Shown: in pieces, positions 31,558 to 47,472 of the stretch
Layout of the letters: each line of letters begins with the position of its first letter
Position numbering within the stretch: the stretch's first letter is position 1
DNA from: Alphaproteobacteria bacterium
GTDB taxonomy: Bacteria > Pseudomonadota > Alphaproteobacteria > Bin95
Direction of reading: 5' to 3'
DNA length: 64,000 bases
NCBI GenBank assembly: GCA_964291285.2
Contig: OZ219786.1
Location: 1,024,001-1,088,000 of the forward strand
Program-made: the position numbers and the translations under genes
Notes under the pieces: generated by a model
The model's database searches: none
Told to the model about the DNA's origin: nothing
The model's input: only the letters and a program-made list of their open reading frames with translations

Positions 31558-32748
31558 CTAAATCACTCCGTCCGCGCGGAGCGCCTCGACCGCCGCACCG
31601 TCATAGCCGAGGGCGGCCAGAACTTCCGCCGTGTGCTCGCCCTGGTCGGGGGTGTGGAGGCGGACATCGGGCCGGCCGCCGCTGCGCGAGAGGGTCGCCG
31701 CCTGGCCGACGACGCCGACATCGCCGAGTTCCGGGTGGGCCATCGGCTTCTCGATGCCGAGATGACGAACCTGCGGGTCGGTCATGGTCCTGTCGATGCT
31801 GTTGATCGGCCCGCAGGGCACGCGCGCCTCGTTCAGCACGACCACCCACTCCTCGCTCGGGCGCCTCGCCGTGTATTCGCCGAGCACCCTGTTGAGCGCG
31901 GCGCGGTTCTTCGACCGGCTCCCGTCGTCGGCATAGTCGGGGTGGGAGACGAGTTCCGGACAGCCGAGCGCGTTGCAGAGCCGCTCGAACATGGTGTTGC
32001 CGGAGGCGGCGATGTTGATATGCCCGTCCGAGGTCGGGAACACGCCGGTCGGGATCGAGGTCGGGTGGTCGTTGCCGGCCTGCGGCGCCACCTCGCCGGA
32101 GACCGTCCAGCGCGCCGCCTGGAAGTCCAGCATCATGATCTGCGCTTCCAGCAGCGAGGTATGCACCCACTGCCCCTCGCCGGAGCGTTCGCGTTCGTAG
32201 AGCGCCAGCAATATGCCCTGCGCCAGATGCAGCCCGGCCGTCAGGTCCGCGATCGGGATGCCGACCCGGACCGGCCCCTGCCCCGGCAGGCCGGTAATCG
32301 ACATGAGGCCGCCCATGCCCTGTGCGATCTGGTCCACGCCCGGCCGGTCCCGGTAGGGGCCGGACTGGCCGAAGCCCGAGATCGAACCGTAGACGATGCG
32401 CGGATTGACGGCCTTGACGGCCTCGTAGTCGATGCCGAGCCGGTGCTTCACGCCGGCGCGGTAGTTCTCGACCACCACATCGGCATGTTTCGCCATCTCC
32501 AGGAAGATCTCCCGGCCCTTGCCGGCCTTGAGGTTGAGCGTCATCGACCGCTTGTTGCGGTGAAGATTCTGGAAGTCGAAGCCGTGGCGGCTGCCGGACA
32601 CCACCGAACGCGCGTCTTCGCCGGGCGGCGCCTCGATCTTGACCACGTCGGCGCCCCAGTCGGCAAGCTGGCGCACGGCCGTCGGCCCGGCGCGGGCGCG
32701 GGTGAGGTCGAGGACCCTGATATGGGCGAGAGGCAGCGTGGCGGACAT
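31558..32748 (-). CDS. CaiB/BaiF family III CoA-transferase
   Basis: IRVLDLTRARAGP, WGADVVKIE, HRNKRS, DVVVENYR, SISGFGQSGP. Confidence 0.92.
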   Translation of the reverse strand: MSATLPLAHIRVLDLTRARAGPTAVRQLADWGADVVKIEAPPGEDARSVVSGSRHGFDFQNLHRNKRSMTLNLKAGKGREIFLEMAKHADVVVENYRAGVKHRLGIDYEAVKAVNPRIVYGSISGFGQSGPYRDRPGVDQIAQGMGGLMSITGLPGQGPVRVGIPIADLTAGLHLAQGILLALYERERSGEGQWVHTSLLEAQIMMLDFQAARWTVSGEVAPQAGNDHPTSIPTGVFPTSDGHINIAASGNTMFERLCNALGCPELVSHPDYADDGSRSKNRAALNRVLGEYTARRPSEEWVVVLNEARVPCGPINSIDRTMTDPQVRHLGIEKPMAHPELGDVGVVGQAATLSRSGGRPDVRLHTPDQGEHTAEVLAALGYDGAAVEALRADGVI

Positions 32749-32824
32749 GGCGGCTCGGGCTTTCGTTCCGGGAAAACAGGCGTCATTCAAGCACACGCGG
32801 CGGCTGGCCCGCCAGACCGCCGGT

Positions 32825-32859
32825 TTGACGCAAGGCGCAATCATCACATATATATGTGA
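32825..32859 (+). promoter_or_regulatory. Promoter with a perfect 16-bp palindromic operator TCACATATATATGTGA
   Basis: TTGACG at 32825-32830; palindrome 32844-32859 covers the -10 position, upstream of the RHH-like gene. Confidence 0.65.
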
Positions 32860-32876
32860 CCTGTTGGGAGCGGAAC

Positions 32877-33209
32877 ATGGCGAACCGAAATACCACTCTG
32901 AACCTCCCGGAGTCCCTCATAGCGAAGACAAAGGCGTATGCGGCTGCTCACGGCACCAGCATGACGGCGATTATCCGGGAGCATCTCGAAGCCGTTACGG
33001 ACGAGGTAGAGGTTCCCGAAAGCGACCCTCTCCAGGCCTATGCCGCAGGACTGCTCTCGCGGCGCGCGGCGATCCGCGACGCCGGCGTACGGGATTATGC
33101 GGAGCTTCTCGTCGCCCTGGGCGATGCGGGTCTGACGCCGCCCTGGCCGCCGGAGCACGAAATCGAAAACCAGGCGGCCATGTTCGTCCGGATATGGAAC
33201 GCGGCGTGA
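32877..33209 (+). CDS. Ribbon-helix-helix (CopG-like) antitoxin-type protein
   Basis: NTTLNLPESLIAKTKAYAAAHGTSMTAIIREHL is an RHH pattern; GTGA overlap with the next gene. Confidence 0.7.
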   Translation: MANRNTTLNLPESLIAKTKAYAAAHGTSMTAIIREHLEAVTDEVEVPESDPLQAYAAGLLSRRAAIRDAGVRDYAELLVALGDAGLTPPWPPEHEIENQAAMFVRIWNAA

Positions 33210-33802
33210 AGCGCTGCACGCTGCTGATCCCCGACGCCGGGCCGCTGAACAGCCTCTGGGTTGCCGACCGGCTCGACCTGCTTCTGCGGCTCGACATGCC
33301 GATCGCGGTGGTGGACGCGGTTTACGACGAAGTCACGAGCGACCCGCGCTATCCTAAGGATGCCGAGGTCAAGGCGTTCATCGAGCGCCACAACCCGCCC
33401 TTCACGATCGAGGAAACCGAAGTCGGGGCCGAGGAGCGCAGGAAAAGGAATGCCGGCAAGCCTCCCAAGAGGAACGCCGGCGAGTTGGCGATGGTGGACT
33501 TCATAAGCGAGGAAGGCGGCGTGCAGCGTTACCTCCGGTCCGGCGACCCGCTTCTGGTGTTGTTCGAGGACCGCGGGAGCCTCCGCGTGTTCGGAAAGCC
33601 TCCGAACATGCACCTCCTGTCCACAGTCGGACTGCTCAGGGGGCTGCAACGCGCGGGGATCGTCCCGTCCGCCGACGAGGTCGTCCGCGAGATGTTGCAC
33701 CCTACCGCTCCGGGACGCCGCCCCGAAGACCGGCGGGCGTTCGCCGATCTGCCGGGAGGAACCGACGAACCGGCGGAAATCGGGAGCGCCTGGGAACCCT
33801 GA
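33206..33802 (+). CDS. Divergent PIN-like protein
   Basis: LLIPDAGPL...VVDAVYDEV...NAGELAM...LFED acidic PIN-type pattern. Confidence 0.62.
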   Translation: MKRCTLLIPDAGPLNSLWVADRLDLLLRLDMPIAVVDAVYDEVTSDPRYPKDAEVKAFIERHNPPFTIEETEVGAEERRKRNAGKPPKRNAGELAMVDFISEEGGVQRYLRSGDPLLVLFEDRGSLRVFGKPPNMHLLSTVGLLRGLQRAGIVPSADEVVREMLHPTAPGRRPEDRRAFADLPGGTDEPAEIGSAWEP

Positions 33803-33835
33803 CAGGGACGACTGTTTCGTGAAAGCCGATCGGGC

Positions 33836-34591
33836 TCAGTGGAAGTAGGCGCCGCCGTCCACGACAAGGGTTTGTCCGGTGACGAAGTCGGATTCCCCGG
33901 ACGCGAAGAAGACCACCGCGCCCACGATGTCCGCCGGGTGCTGGTCGCGCTGGATGACGCGCGCCTGAAGCGAGATGTCCCGAAGCGTTTCAAGCTGGTG
34001 GGGATTTGCGAGCACGCCGTCGGAGAGCGTGAATCCGGGCGCCACCGCATTGACCCGAATGCCCGCGCCGCCGAGTTCCTTCGCGAGCGCCTTGGTCATC
34101 GCGTTCACGGCGCCCTTGCTCGCCACATAGTGCAGCAGGAACGGAACGCCCTTGAACGGCGTGCCCGACGAGAAGTTGACGACCGACCCGCCGCCCTGCC
34201 GGCGCATGGCCGGGACGACCGCGCGGGTCGCCATCGCCTGCCCGATGACGTTCACATCGAGGATGCGCCGCCACTCCTCGACATCGAGGTCCTCGAAGGG
34301 CCCGGTCTTCAGCGAGGAGTAGATGCCGGCATTGTTGACCAGCACGTCTATGCGGCCGAACGCCTCCAGCGCGGCCCCCGCCATGGCCTCGGTGTCGTCC
34401 CGGCTCGACACGTCGCAGGCGACGCCGATGACGGCGTTCCCCGCATTGTCCAGCGCCTTTGCGGCTTCCGCCGCGCCCGCGCGGTCGGCAATGACGACAT
34501 TCGCGCCTTCCGCGAGCAGGCCTTCCGCGACGACGCGCCCGATACCCATCGCCCCGCCGGTGACGATTGCAACCTTTCCCTTGCAACGCAT
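33836..34591 (-). CDS. SDR-family oxidoreductase (FabG-like)
   Basis: TGGAMGIG, LVNNAG, YVASK, VNAVAPG, VTGQTLVVDGG. Confidence 0.92.
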   Translation of the reverse strand: MRCKGKVAIVTGGAMGIGRVVAEGLLAEGANVVIADRAGAAEAAKALDNAGNAVIGVACDVSSRDDTEAMAGAALEAFGRIDVLVNNAGIYSSLKTGPFEDLDVEEWRRILDVNVIGQAMATRAVVPAMRRQGGGSVVNFSSGTPFKGVPFLLHYVASKGAVNAMTKALAKELGGAGIRVNAVAPGFTLSDGVLANPHQLETLRDISLQARVIQRDQHPADIVGAVVFFASGESDFVTGQTLVVDGGAYFH

Positions 34592-34663
34592 GTCCCTTCT
34601 CCTCCCGCTTGCCCGCGCTCCCGACCCGCCCGGCTTGGCGACTTCTCTATGCCGGCGCCGGAC

Positions 34664-35080
34664 TTATGCGGTTGCGGGCGTATCGACTCCGGCCGCCCGC
34701 GCCGCTGCCGCCAGCGCCCGGTCCAGCGTGGCGAGCGGCAGCCGCATGCGCAGCGCGAGTTCGAGATAAGTGGCGTCATAGACGGACAGGTCGTGGCGGT
34801 CGGCGAGCGCGAGCGCCGGCCCCCACGCGCAGGATGTGGACACCTGCTCGATTTCGATGGGAAGCGCGTCCAGGCTGGCGCAGATTACCGGCCACTCGCC
34901 GACCCCGATGCGGCGGCGCCGGGTTGCTGCAAGCAGCACGCTACCGACTTCGACGGGCCAAAGCGACGGGACGAACGCGCGGTCGTCGACGAGCGAATCG
35001 CGCAGCCGGTCCGTCGCCTCCGAGGCCTCGTCGGGAAACACCCAAGCCATGGCGACTGAGCAATCGAGAACGAAAGGCAT
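34664..35080 (-). CDS. vapC: VapC PIN-domain toxin
   Basis: FVLDCS...LWPVEV...LSVYDATYLELA...LATLD. Confidence 0.92.
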   Translation of the reverse strand: MPFVLDCSVAMAWVFPDEASEATDRLRDSLVDDRAFVPSLWPVEVGSVLLAATRRRRIGVGEWPVICASLDALPIEIEQVSTSCAWGPALALADRHDLSVYDATYLELALRMRLPLATLDRALAAAARAAGVDTPATA

Positions 35081-35322
35081 CAGTGTTTACGTGCTTCCTC
35101 GACCATCTGCCGGACCGGGGTCCCGCCGAGGGAGTGAGTTCGCTGGAACTCCTTCAACGTATCGATCGCGGATTGCACCTTGCCGGAATCCCGTGAGCGG
35201 AACGGGACCAGTTCGGCCAGCGGCCGGCCGTGCCTGGTGATGACGAACCGTTCGCCTGCTTCCACCCGCCGAAGCAATTGCGGCAAGTGGGTTTTTGCCT
35301 CGAACGCCCCGATTTCCGACAC
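35080..35322 (-). CDS. Phd/YefM-family antitoxin
   Basis: IGAFEAKTHLPQLLRRVEAGERFVITRHGRPLAELVP; GTG start after GAGGAGG. Confidence 0.92.
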   Translation of the reverse strand: MSEIGAFEAKTHLPQLLRRVEAGERFVITRHGRPLAELVPFRSRDSGKVQSAIDTLKEFQRTHSLGGTPVRQMVEEARKH

Positions 35323-35426
35323 TGCGCCTGCCTCCTCTGCGACCCCGCCGCCAATCAACCAGTCTCAGTCTGGTCTTAACAGCAAGCCGGGTCAAGGACA
35401 CCGACGGCTGCGGGCGCGCGAACCGG

Positions 35427-36077
35427 CTATGCCGGCCCCGGGTTTATGGGCATCTCGGCGAACACCCGGTAGCTCTGCGACTTCGGCCTGTCCCGGTCTT
35501 CGTCCCTGACATAGCGGATGGACGAGGCGCCGAGCAGGGATCGCGGCAGGACCATCGCGCGGATGAAGCGGCTCGGGACATCGAACGACGCCCGCGCGAA
35601 GACGGGCTCCGGTCCGCCCTCGAACCAGGCGCCGCCGGGCCCGTAGGACGAGGAGCGGCCTTCCGTGTCGATCCTGATCTCCCCTTCCCGCAGGCACCTG
35701 ATTCCCGGGCCTTGGTGCGTGTGAAGCAGCGCCGTTCCGCCGGGCGGGAAGGCGACGCTGTCGAGCCGGAGCAGCAGCTCATCGGCGATTGCGGCAAGGT
35801 CGATCGGGCCGGCGAGGCGAAGCGCCGTCCGATGGCCGTATGCGGCGGTGTCGGCATCAGAGGCCGCGACCTCCCAACGCCAGACCGCAGCGCCGCCGCC
35901 GCCGGCGCACAGCCGCACCGGCCCTGCCAGGACAACGCCCCCGTCGGCCGGAACCTCCTCCCCGTTCACCGATACCCCGCCGGCCGGGACATAGAGCGCC
36001 CTCGGCGCGGGACCGTCGAACCGGACCTCCTCGCCGCCGAACAGCACATCTTCGAACAGCCGGATTTCGTACGGCAT
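35427..36077 (-). CDS. Cupin-domain protein
   Basis: DSVAFPPGG..LLHTHQGPGIRCL..G....GGAWFE; downstream of the dihydropyrimidinase. Confidence 0.7.
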   Translation of the reverse strand: MPYEIRLFEDVLFGGEEVRFDGPAPRALYVPAGGVSVNGEEVPADGGVVLAGPVRLCAGGGGAAVWRWEVAASDADTAAYGHRTALRLAGPIDLAAIADELLLRLDSVAFPPGGTALLHTHQGPGIRCLREGEIRIDTEGRSSSYGPGGAWFEGGPEPVFARASFDVPSRFIRAMVLPRSLLGASSIRYVRDEDRDRPKSQSYRVFAEMPINPGPA

Positions 36078-36088
36078 GCCCGGCAGCC

Positions 36089-37549
36089 TCACTTCTCCAG
36101 CTTCCGGAGCGCGATGGGGTCGAAGGGGGCGGTGAAACGGCCGGTGGGGCGGATGAAATCGTATGGCTCGCGCTTCAGCCATCGGCCGCGCCCCGGCTCC
36201 GCCGTCACCTCGCCGTCGTTCCACAGCACCTCGCCGCGCGAGAGCGTCATCACGGGCCAGCCCGTCACCGTCATGCCCTCATAGGGCGTGTAGTCGGTCA
36301 GCGTGTGCAGGTCCTCGCTGCGGATGGTGACCTCCCGTTCCGCATCCCAGATCGCGATGTCGGCATCGGAGCCGACGGCGATCGTGCCCTTTTTCGGGTA
36401 GAGGCCGAACAGCCGGGCCGGGTTGGCGGAGGTCAGCGCCACGAATTCGCAAGGACCGATCCTGCCGGCCGCGACGCCCTCGGAGAACACCAGCGGCAGG
36501 CGCGTCTCCAGCCCCGGCACGCCGTTCGGGATTTCGCTGAAGCGCGCATTGGCGCCGTGCAGCGCCTTGCCCCTCGGATCGTCGAAGCTGTAGGGCGCAT
36601 GGTCCGAACTCACGATCCCGAGCGTCCCGTCGGTGAGCGCCCGCCAGATCGCTTCGTGGTCGTCTTCTGTGCGGGGCGCAGGCGAGCAGATGAACTTGGC
36701 GCCCTCGAAGCCGTCCCGGTCCATGTCGTCCGCGGTCAGGGTCAGATATTGCGGGCAGGTCTCGCCGAACACCTTGATGCCGCGCGCCTGCGCCCGGCGA
36801 ATTTCTTCTGCCGCCTCCGCGCAGGTGACGTGGAAGACCTGGATCGGCAGGTCCAGAAGCTCGGCGAGCGCGATCACCCGGTGGACGGCCTCGCGCTCGA
36901 CGACCGGCGGCTTGGACCAGGCGTGATAGCGCGGCGAGGTCAGACCCGCCTCCAGCAGCCGGTCGGTCATCCACATGATGGCGTCGTGGTTCTCCGCATG
37001 GACGCACACGAACGCCCCGTGCTTCTTCGCGCAGGCGAACACCTTGAGCAGCTGCGCATCGTCCATCCGGTTCGACGGATAGGTCATGAAGACCTTGATC
37101 GAGCGGTGGCCCTCGGCGATCAGTTCCGGCAGCTCCTGCTCGATCACCGCCTCGGAGGGGTCGTTGACGATGATGTGGAAGCAGTAGTCGATGACCGCTT
37201 TGCGCGCGAGTGCGGCATAGCCGTCCATCGCCTCCCGCACGCCCCGGCCCCGGACCTGGGGCGAAAAGCTGATCGTGGTGGTGGTGCCGCCGCAGGCCGC
37301 GGAGATCGAGCCGCTGGTGAAGGTGTCGGCATTGGTGCCCCCGGTCGAGCCCGGCTGCTCGATGTGGCAATGGCTGTCCACCCCGCCCGGCATGACCAGC
37401 CGGCCGCCGGCATCGATTTCATGCGCGCCGCCCTCAAGGTTCTCGCCGAGCGCGGCAACGCGCCCCCCGGTGATGCCGATATCGGCCCGGACCATGTCGG
37501 ACGCCGTGACCACCGTGCCGCCGCGAATGACCGTGTCATATGCCGCCAT
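36089..37549 (-). CDS. hydA: Dihydropyrimidinase / D-hydantoinase
   Basis: PGGVDSHCH, GGTTT, SIKVFMTY, VHAEN, ETCPQY, SSDHAP, PNGVPGLE. Confidence 0.93.
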   Translation of the reverse strand: MAAYDTVIRGGTVVTASDMVRADIGITGGRVAALGENLEGGAHEIDAGGRLVMPGGVDSHCHIEQPGSTGGTNADTFTSGSISAACGGTTTTISFSPQVRGRGVREAMDGYAALARKAVIDYCFHIIVNDPSEAVIEQELPELIAEGHRSIKVFMTYPSNRMDDAQLLKVFACAKKHGAFVCVHAENHDAIMWMTDRLLEAGLTSPRYHAWSKPPVVEREAVHRVIALAELLDLPIQVFHVTCAEAAEEIRRAQARGIKVFGETCPQYLTLTADDMDRDGFEGAKFICSPAPRTEDDHEAIWRALTDGTLGIVSSDHAPYSFDDPRGKALHGANARFSEIPNGVPGLETRLPLVFSEGVAAGRIGPCEFVALTSANPARLFGLYPKKGTIAVGSDADIAIWDAEREVTIRSEDLHTLTDYTPYEGMTVTGWPVMTLSRGEVLWNDGEVTAEPGRGRWLKREPYDFIRPTGRFTAPFDPIALRKLEK

Positions 37550-37566
37550 GTGCGTGTCTCCCGCCT

Positions 37567-38286
37567 TCAGCTTGCCCCGAGAATAACCGAACGCGCGCGC
37601 AAGGCTTCGCCCGAATCGACGAAAAGCGTCTCGCCGGTGACCGAGGGCGTCTCAATGAGATAGGCGAGCGCGGCGGCGACCTCTTCCGGCCGCACCGCGC
37701 GCCGGAGCGGCAGCCTTTCGCCCAGTGTCTCCAGCCGGCCGGGTTTCATGCCCGCGCTCTCATAGACGATGCCGGGCGCAATCGCCGCGATCCGCAGCCG
37801 GGGCGCGAGCTCCGCCGCGAGCGTCCTGACGGCGCCTTCCAGCGCGATCTTGCTGAGTGTGTAGGAGAGGTAGCCGGCCCCCGGATGGCGGATTTTCTGG
37901 TCCACGATATTGACCGCGAGCCCCGTTCCGTCCTCCCCGAGCACAGCCGCAAAAGCCTGGATCGCAAGCAGCGGCGCGCGCAGATTGGTCGCCATGTGGG
38001 CATCGAAGGAGGCGGCGTCCAGCGTGTCGATCCGGTCCGGCTCAAACCGCGCGGCATTGTTCACCAGCACCGAAAGCCCGCCGAGACGCTCATGCGCCTC
38101 GCCGACGATCCGCGCCGGCGCTGAGGGGTCGTCCAGGTCGCCCTGCAGGACCACTGCGTCCAGGTCCGCCGGCGGCCCGGTCATGCGCGTGTGGACGGCG
38201 ACCCGATGCCCGGCCGCCAGCATCGCGCGGGCAAGCGCCAGCCCCAGGCGCCGCGCGCCGCCGGTAATCAGAATGCGTTCCGCCAT
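37567..38286 (-). CDS. Pteridine reductase / FolM-like SDR
   Basis: ITGGARRLG, LVNNAA, NLRAP, NIVD, YTLSK. Confidence 0.8.
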   Translation of the reverse strand: MAERILITGGARRLGLALARAMLAAGHRVAVHTRMTGPPADLDAVVLQGDLDDPSAPARIVGEAHERLGGLSVLVNNAARFEPDRIDTLDAASFDAHMATNLRAPLLAIQAFAAVLGEDGTGLAVNIVDQKIRHPGAGYLSYTLSKIALEGAVRTLAAELAPRLRIAAIAPGIVYESAGMKPGRLETLGERLPLRRAVRPEEVAAALAYLIETPSVTGETLFVDSGEALRARSVILGAS

Positions 38287-38490
38287 GCCCCTGCCCCGGC
38301 CGGTCGAACCCGACCCATCCTAGCCGCATCGGAACGCCCGCGCTCCGGGCCGCAGAATCGTTGCGACCAACCGTCCCGCCGTCTTCTACCCGGCCCTGCA
38401 ATGCTCTATATCGGCTTTCCTTTGGGCGGCGTCCGCCCGGCTCGAGAGGCTGCGGCTCTTTGCCAACGAAACCTGCGGAGGTGACATATC

Positions 38491-44506
<6,016 letters not shown>

Positions 44507-45017
44507 ACTTCCGGGGACGAAACGGCGGGCGCCGGTCGTCTTTCCTCCATCAGTCCAGAAGCCCGCCCGCCCGGAGCCGGTCCAGGAAATGCCGCCAGGG
44601 CAGCAGGTCGAAACGAGCCGAATCCGGAATGGTCTGGTTGGCAAGCCTGCCGGAGTCCGGTCCGGCCGGAGCGGTGCCGAAGGGATGCGACAATATCGTT
44701 CATGAAATTTAGGTAATATTTCTCCTTTCAGGGCTTGCATCTGATAAAACAGTGATATGATAGGTCCGAGGTAAGCGGAGTCCGCGCGGACCGCTTCCCG
44801 CCCGCGCCGGCCCGGTGCGGAACGACCCCGATTCAGCCGACAGGCGAAGTGCGTCCTGCGCCTGCCTCGCGCGCGGGCAATCAGGCGCGCGAACCGCGCC
44901 GGCGCCGACACCCGCCCGCGCCGGCACAGGCGCCCGCGCAGGATACGCGCGAATAGGGGTCGCTCCGATGCCGGTACGGCATGGCCGTCGAACCGAAACG
45001 GAATGAAGGAGCCGCAC

Positions 45018-45173
45018 ATGACATTTCCCGACCCGACCGTCGCCCTCTCCACCCGCCAGGAAGCCTTCTGCCGCCACTACACAGCCTCGACCGGCTCCAG
45101 AGGACCGGCTTCTTCAACCCGCCCGGAGACGTGGAGTTCACCCCCGACCATGACAAAACATGACATTCCATGA
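45018..45173 (+). pseudogene. 51-aa ORF with a terminase-small-subunit-like N-terminus (remnant)
   Basis: AAGGAG RBS then MTFPDPTVALSTRQEAFCRHY...; LSxRQEAFCRHY resembles the TerS first helix; below the ORF-track size cut-off. Confidence 0.4.
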
Positions 45174-45371
45174 CACGGCGCGAAGGGTCATCGTCGCCCC
45201 GGACCCCGATCCGGGGCGACGGCGGGGAGAAGCGCATCGTCCGGCCGGGGCGGGAACCGGCTCTCAAACACCGTTATGCCGGGACAGGGCTTCACATCGG
45301 CGCGCTGGATTCGCGCCGCCGGTTCCGGTTTACTTTGGCGCGGCAGCGGAACGGAGGCGGCGGCGGACCCC

Positions 45372-46562
45372 ATGGATGCGATGAACGATGCGAGCCCCAT
45401 CACGATGGAGGTCGGCGAGACCTGGCCCGAGATCCGCGAGGCGGTGCGCCGGCTCTGCGCGAACTATCCGGGCGACTACTGGCGCGAGCTCGACCGCAAC
45501 CGCGAATATCCCGAGACCTTCGTCAAGGCGCTGACCGACGCCGGCTACCTTGCGGTGCTGATCCCCGAGGAATATGGCGGCTCGGGCCTGCCGATCTCGG
45601 CCGGAAGCGCCGTTCTGGAGGAAGTCAACGCCTCGGGCTGCAATGCCGGGGCCTGCCACGCGCAGATGTACATCATGGGCACCCTGCTCCGCCACGGCAG
45701 CGACGAGCAGAAACAGCGCTACCTGCCGAAGATCGCGACGGGCGAGCTGCGGCTCCAGGCCTTCGGCGTGACGGAGCCGAGCAGCGGCACGGACACGCTG
45801 AGCCTGCGCACGACCGCGGTGCGCGAGGGAAACGGCTATGTGGTGAACGGCCAGAAGATCTGGACGAGCCGCGCGCAATATTCCGACCTCATGCTGCTGC
45901 TGGCGCGCACCACGCCCAAGGACCGGGTGGCGAAGCGGACGGACGGACTGTCGGTCTTTCTCGTCGATATGCGCGAGGCGCTCGGCAACGGGCTGGAGAT
46001 CCGCCCGATCCGCACGATGATCAACCACCAGACCAACGAGCTCTTCTTCGACAATATGCGCATTCCGGCCGATGCGCTGATCGGCGAGGAGGGCCGCGGC
46101 TTCCGCTACATTCTGGACGGCATGAATGCCGAGCGCATCCTGGTGGCCTCCGACGCGCTGGGCGACGCCAGGTTCTTCATCGACCGCGCCGTGGCATACG
46201 CCAACGACCGCAGCGTGTTCGGTCGCCCGATCGGGCAGAACCAGGGCATCCAGTTCCCCATCGCGGAAGCATACGCCCAGACCGCCGCGGCGGAGCTTAT
46301 GATGCGCAAGGCGGCCGCGCTGTTCGAGGCGGGCGAGCCCTGCGGGCCGGAAGCCAACATGGCCAAGCATCTCTGCGCCGAGGCCTCCTGGAAGGCGGGC
46401 GACGTGTGCATGCAGACCTATGGCGGCTTCGCCTTCGCGGAGGAGTACGACATCGAGCGCAAGTTCCGCGAGGCGCGCCTCTACCGCACGGCGCCGATCT
46501 CGACCAATCTCGTGCTGGCCTACCTCGCCGAGCATGTGCTCGGCCTGCCGCGCTCCTACTGA
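45372..46562 (+). CDS. Acyl-CoA dehydrogenase
   Basis: IPEEYGGSG, FGVTEPSSGTD, NGQKIWTS, NAERIL, FGRPIGQNQGIQF, YGGFAFAEEYDIERKFRE. Confidence 0.93.
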   Translation: MDAMNDASPITMEVGETWPEIREAVRRLCANYPGDYWRELDRNREYPETFVKALTDAGYLAVLIPEEYGGSGLPISAGSAVLEEVNASGCNAGACHAQMYIMGTLLRHGSDEQKQRYLPKIATGELRLQAFGVTEPSSGTDTLSLRTTAVREGNGYVVNGQKIWTSRAQYSDLMLLLARTTPKDRVAKRTDGLSVFLVDMREALGNGLEIRPIRTMINHQTNELFFDNMRIPADALIGEEGRGFRYILDGMNAERILVASDALGDARFFIDRAVAYANDRSVFGRPIGQNQGIQFPIAEAYAQTAAAELMMRKAAALFEAGEPCGPEANMAKHLCAEASWKAGDVCMQTYGGFAFAEEYDIERKFREARLYRTAPISTNLVLAYLAEHVLGLPRSY

Positions 46563-46849
46563 TCCGGCAAACGAACCGGCTGTCCGTGCGGCGTCTCCGC
46601 GTGGACGTCCCGCCAGGCTTCCTGCCGGTCGTCCAGTTCGGCGGCGCCTGCGAGGCCGGTTGTCGCCGCCAGTTCCTCCAGCGCGGCGAGCCAGCTTTCC
46701 CAATAGGGACGGTCGGGCTCGGCGCGGAGCGCGCGTCCGAGATGTTCGGACCAGACGGGCCAGGTGAAATACCCCGCCTCGTGCAGCCGGACCGTCATGG
46801 CGAAGGCCCGCGCCTGCCAGGGCTCATCGAACGGCGTGTCCGGCGTCAC
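46556..46849 (-). CDS. Nitrile hydratase accessory/activator protein
   Basis: FDEPWQARAFAMTVRLHEAGYFTW...YWESWLAALE; GTG overlapping the nthB stop. Confidence 0.85.
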   Translation of the reverse strand: MTPDTPFDEPWQARAFAMTVRLHEAGYFTWPVWSEHLGRALRAEPDRPYWESWLAALEELAATTGLAGAAELDDRQEAWRDVHAETPHGQPVRLPDQ

Positions 46850-47472
46850 GCCGGCTCCAGATAAGGTTCCCAGAGGTCGATCATGACCGAGTCCGCCGCC
46901 GACGCTGACGGTCCCCAGAGTTCGCGCGCCGCGAACCGCACGCTGTAGAGGTGGCGCGGGTCCTGGTCTCCGGTGGCAGCGTGGGAGTCCGGATAAACAT
47001 GCGCGCCCCAAAGCCGCTCGACCGTGCCGATACGGCCGCGGCAATAGCGCGGCAGGCGGGTGTGGCCAACGGGGTGGATGTTCAGCGCGCGCACCCTGTC
47101 GCCGGGCGCGAAGGCCGGGGCGGTTTCGGTCTCGCGCTCCGTCGGGCCGCCGGTCTTCAGCGCCTTCTCGACGTTGCCTGCATCCAGCCGCCGGAGCTTC
47201 GCCGGCGCGCCTTCCAGCAGGCGGCGCTCCGCCAGCAGCGCGTCCAGCCCGAACAGCCAGTGCTCGTAATAGGAGGTCGCCAGATAATCGGCGGGCGCCA
47301 TGGTCTCGCGCGCGTGGCGGGACTTGTCGAGGTTCCATTGCCCGGTGAAGCCCATGGCGAGCGTGAGGGCAAAGGCGCGCCGCTCCCACTCCGCGTGGAA
47401 GACCGGCTCGTCCGCCGCCGGCCCGACCGGGCCGAAGCCGTGCATCCCGCCGAGGTCGTGCGCGCCGTTCAC
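46846..47472 (-). CDS. nthB: Nitrile hydratase beta subunit
   Basis: [51 protein letters not shown]. Confidence 0.93.
   Translation of the reverse strand: MNGAHDLGGMHGFGPVGPAADEPVFHAEWERRAFALTLAMGFTGQWNLDKSRHARETMAPADYLATSYYEHWLFGLDALLAERRLLEGAPAKLRRLDAGNVEKALKTGGPTERETETAPAFAPGDRVRALNIHPVGHTRLPRYCRGRIGTVERLWGAHVYPDSHAATGDQDPRHLYSVRFAARELWGPSASAADSVMIDLWEPYLEPA

Noticed and set aside
45018-45173. Prophage
   Set aside because: Only a short TerS-like fragment; no large terminase, portal, capsid or integrase genes in the window.
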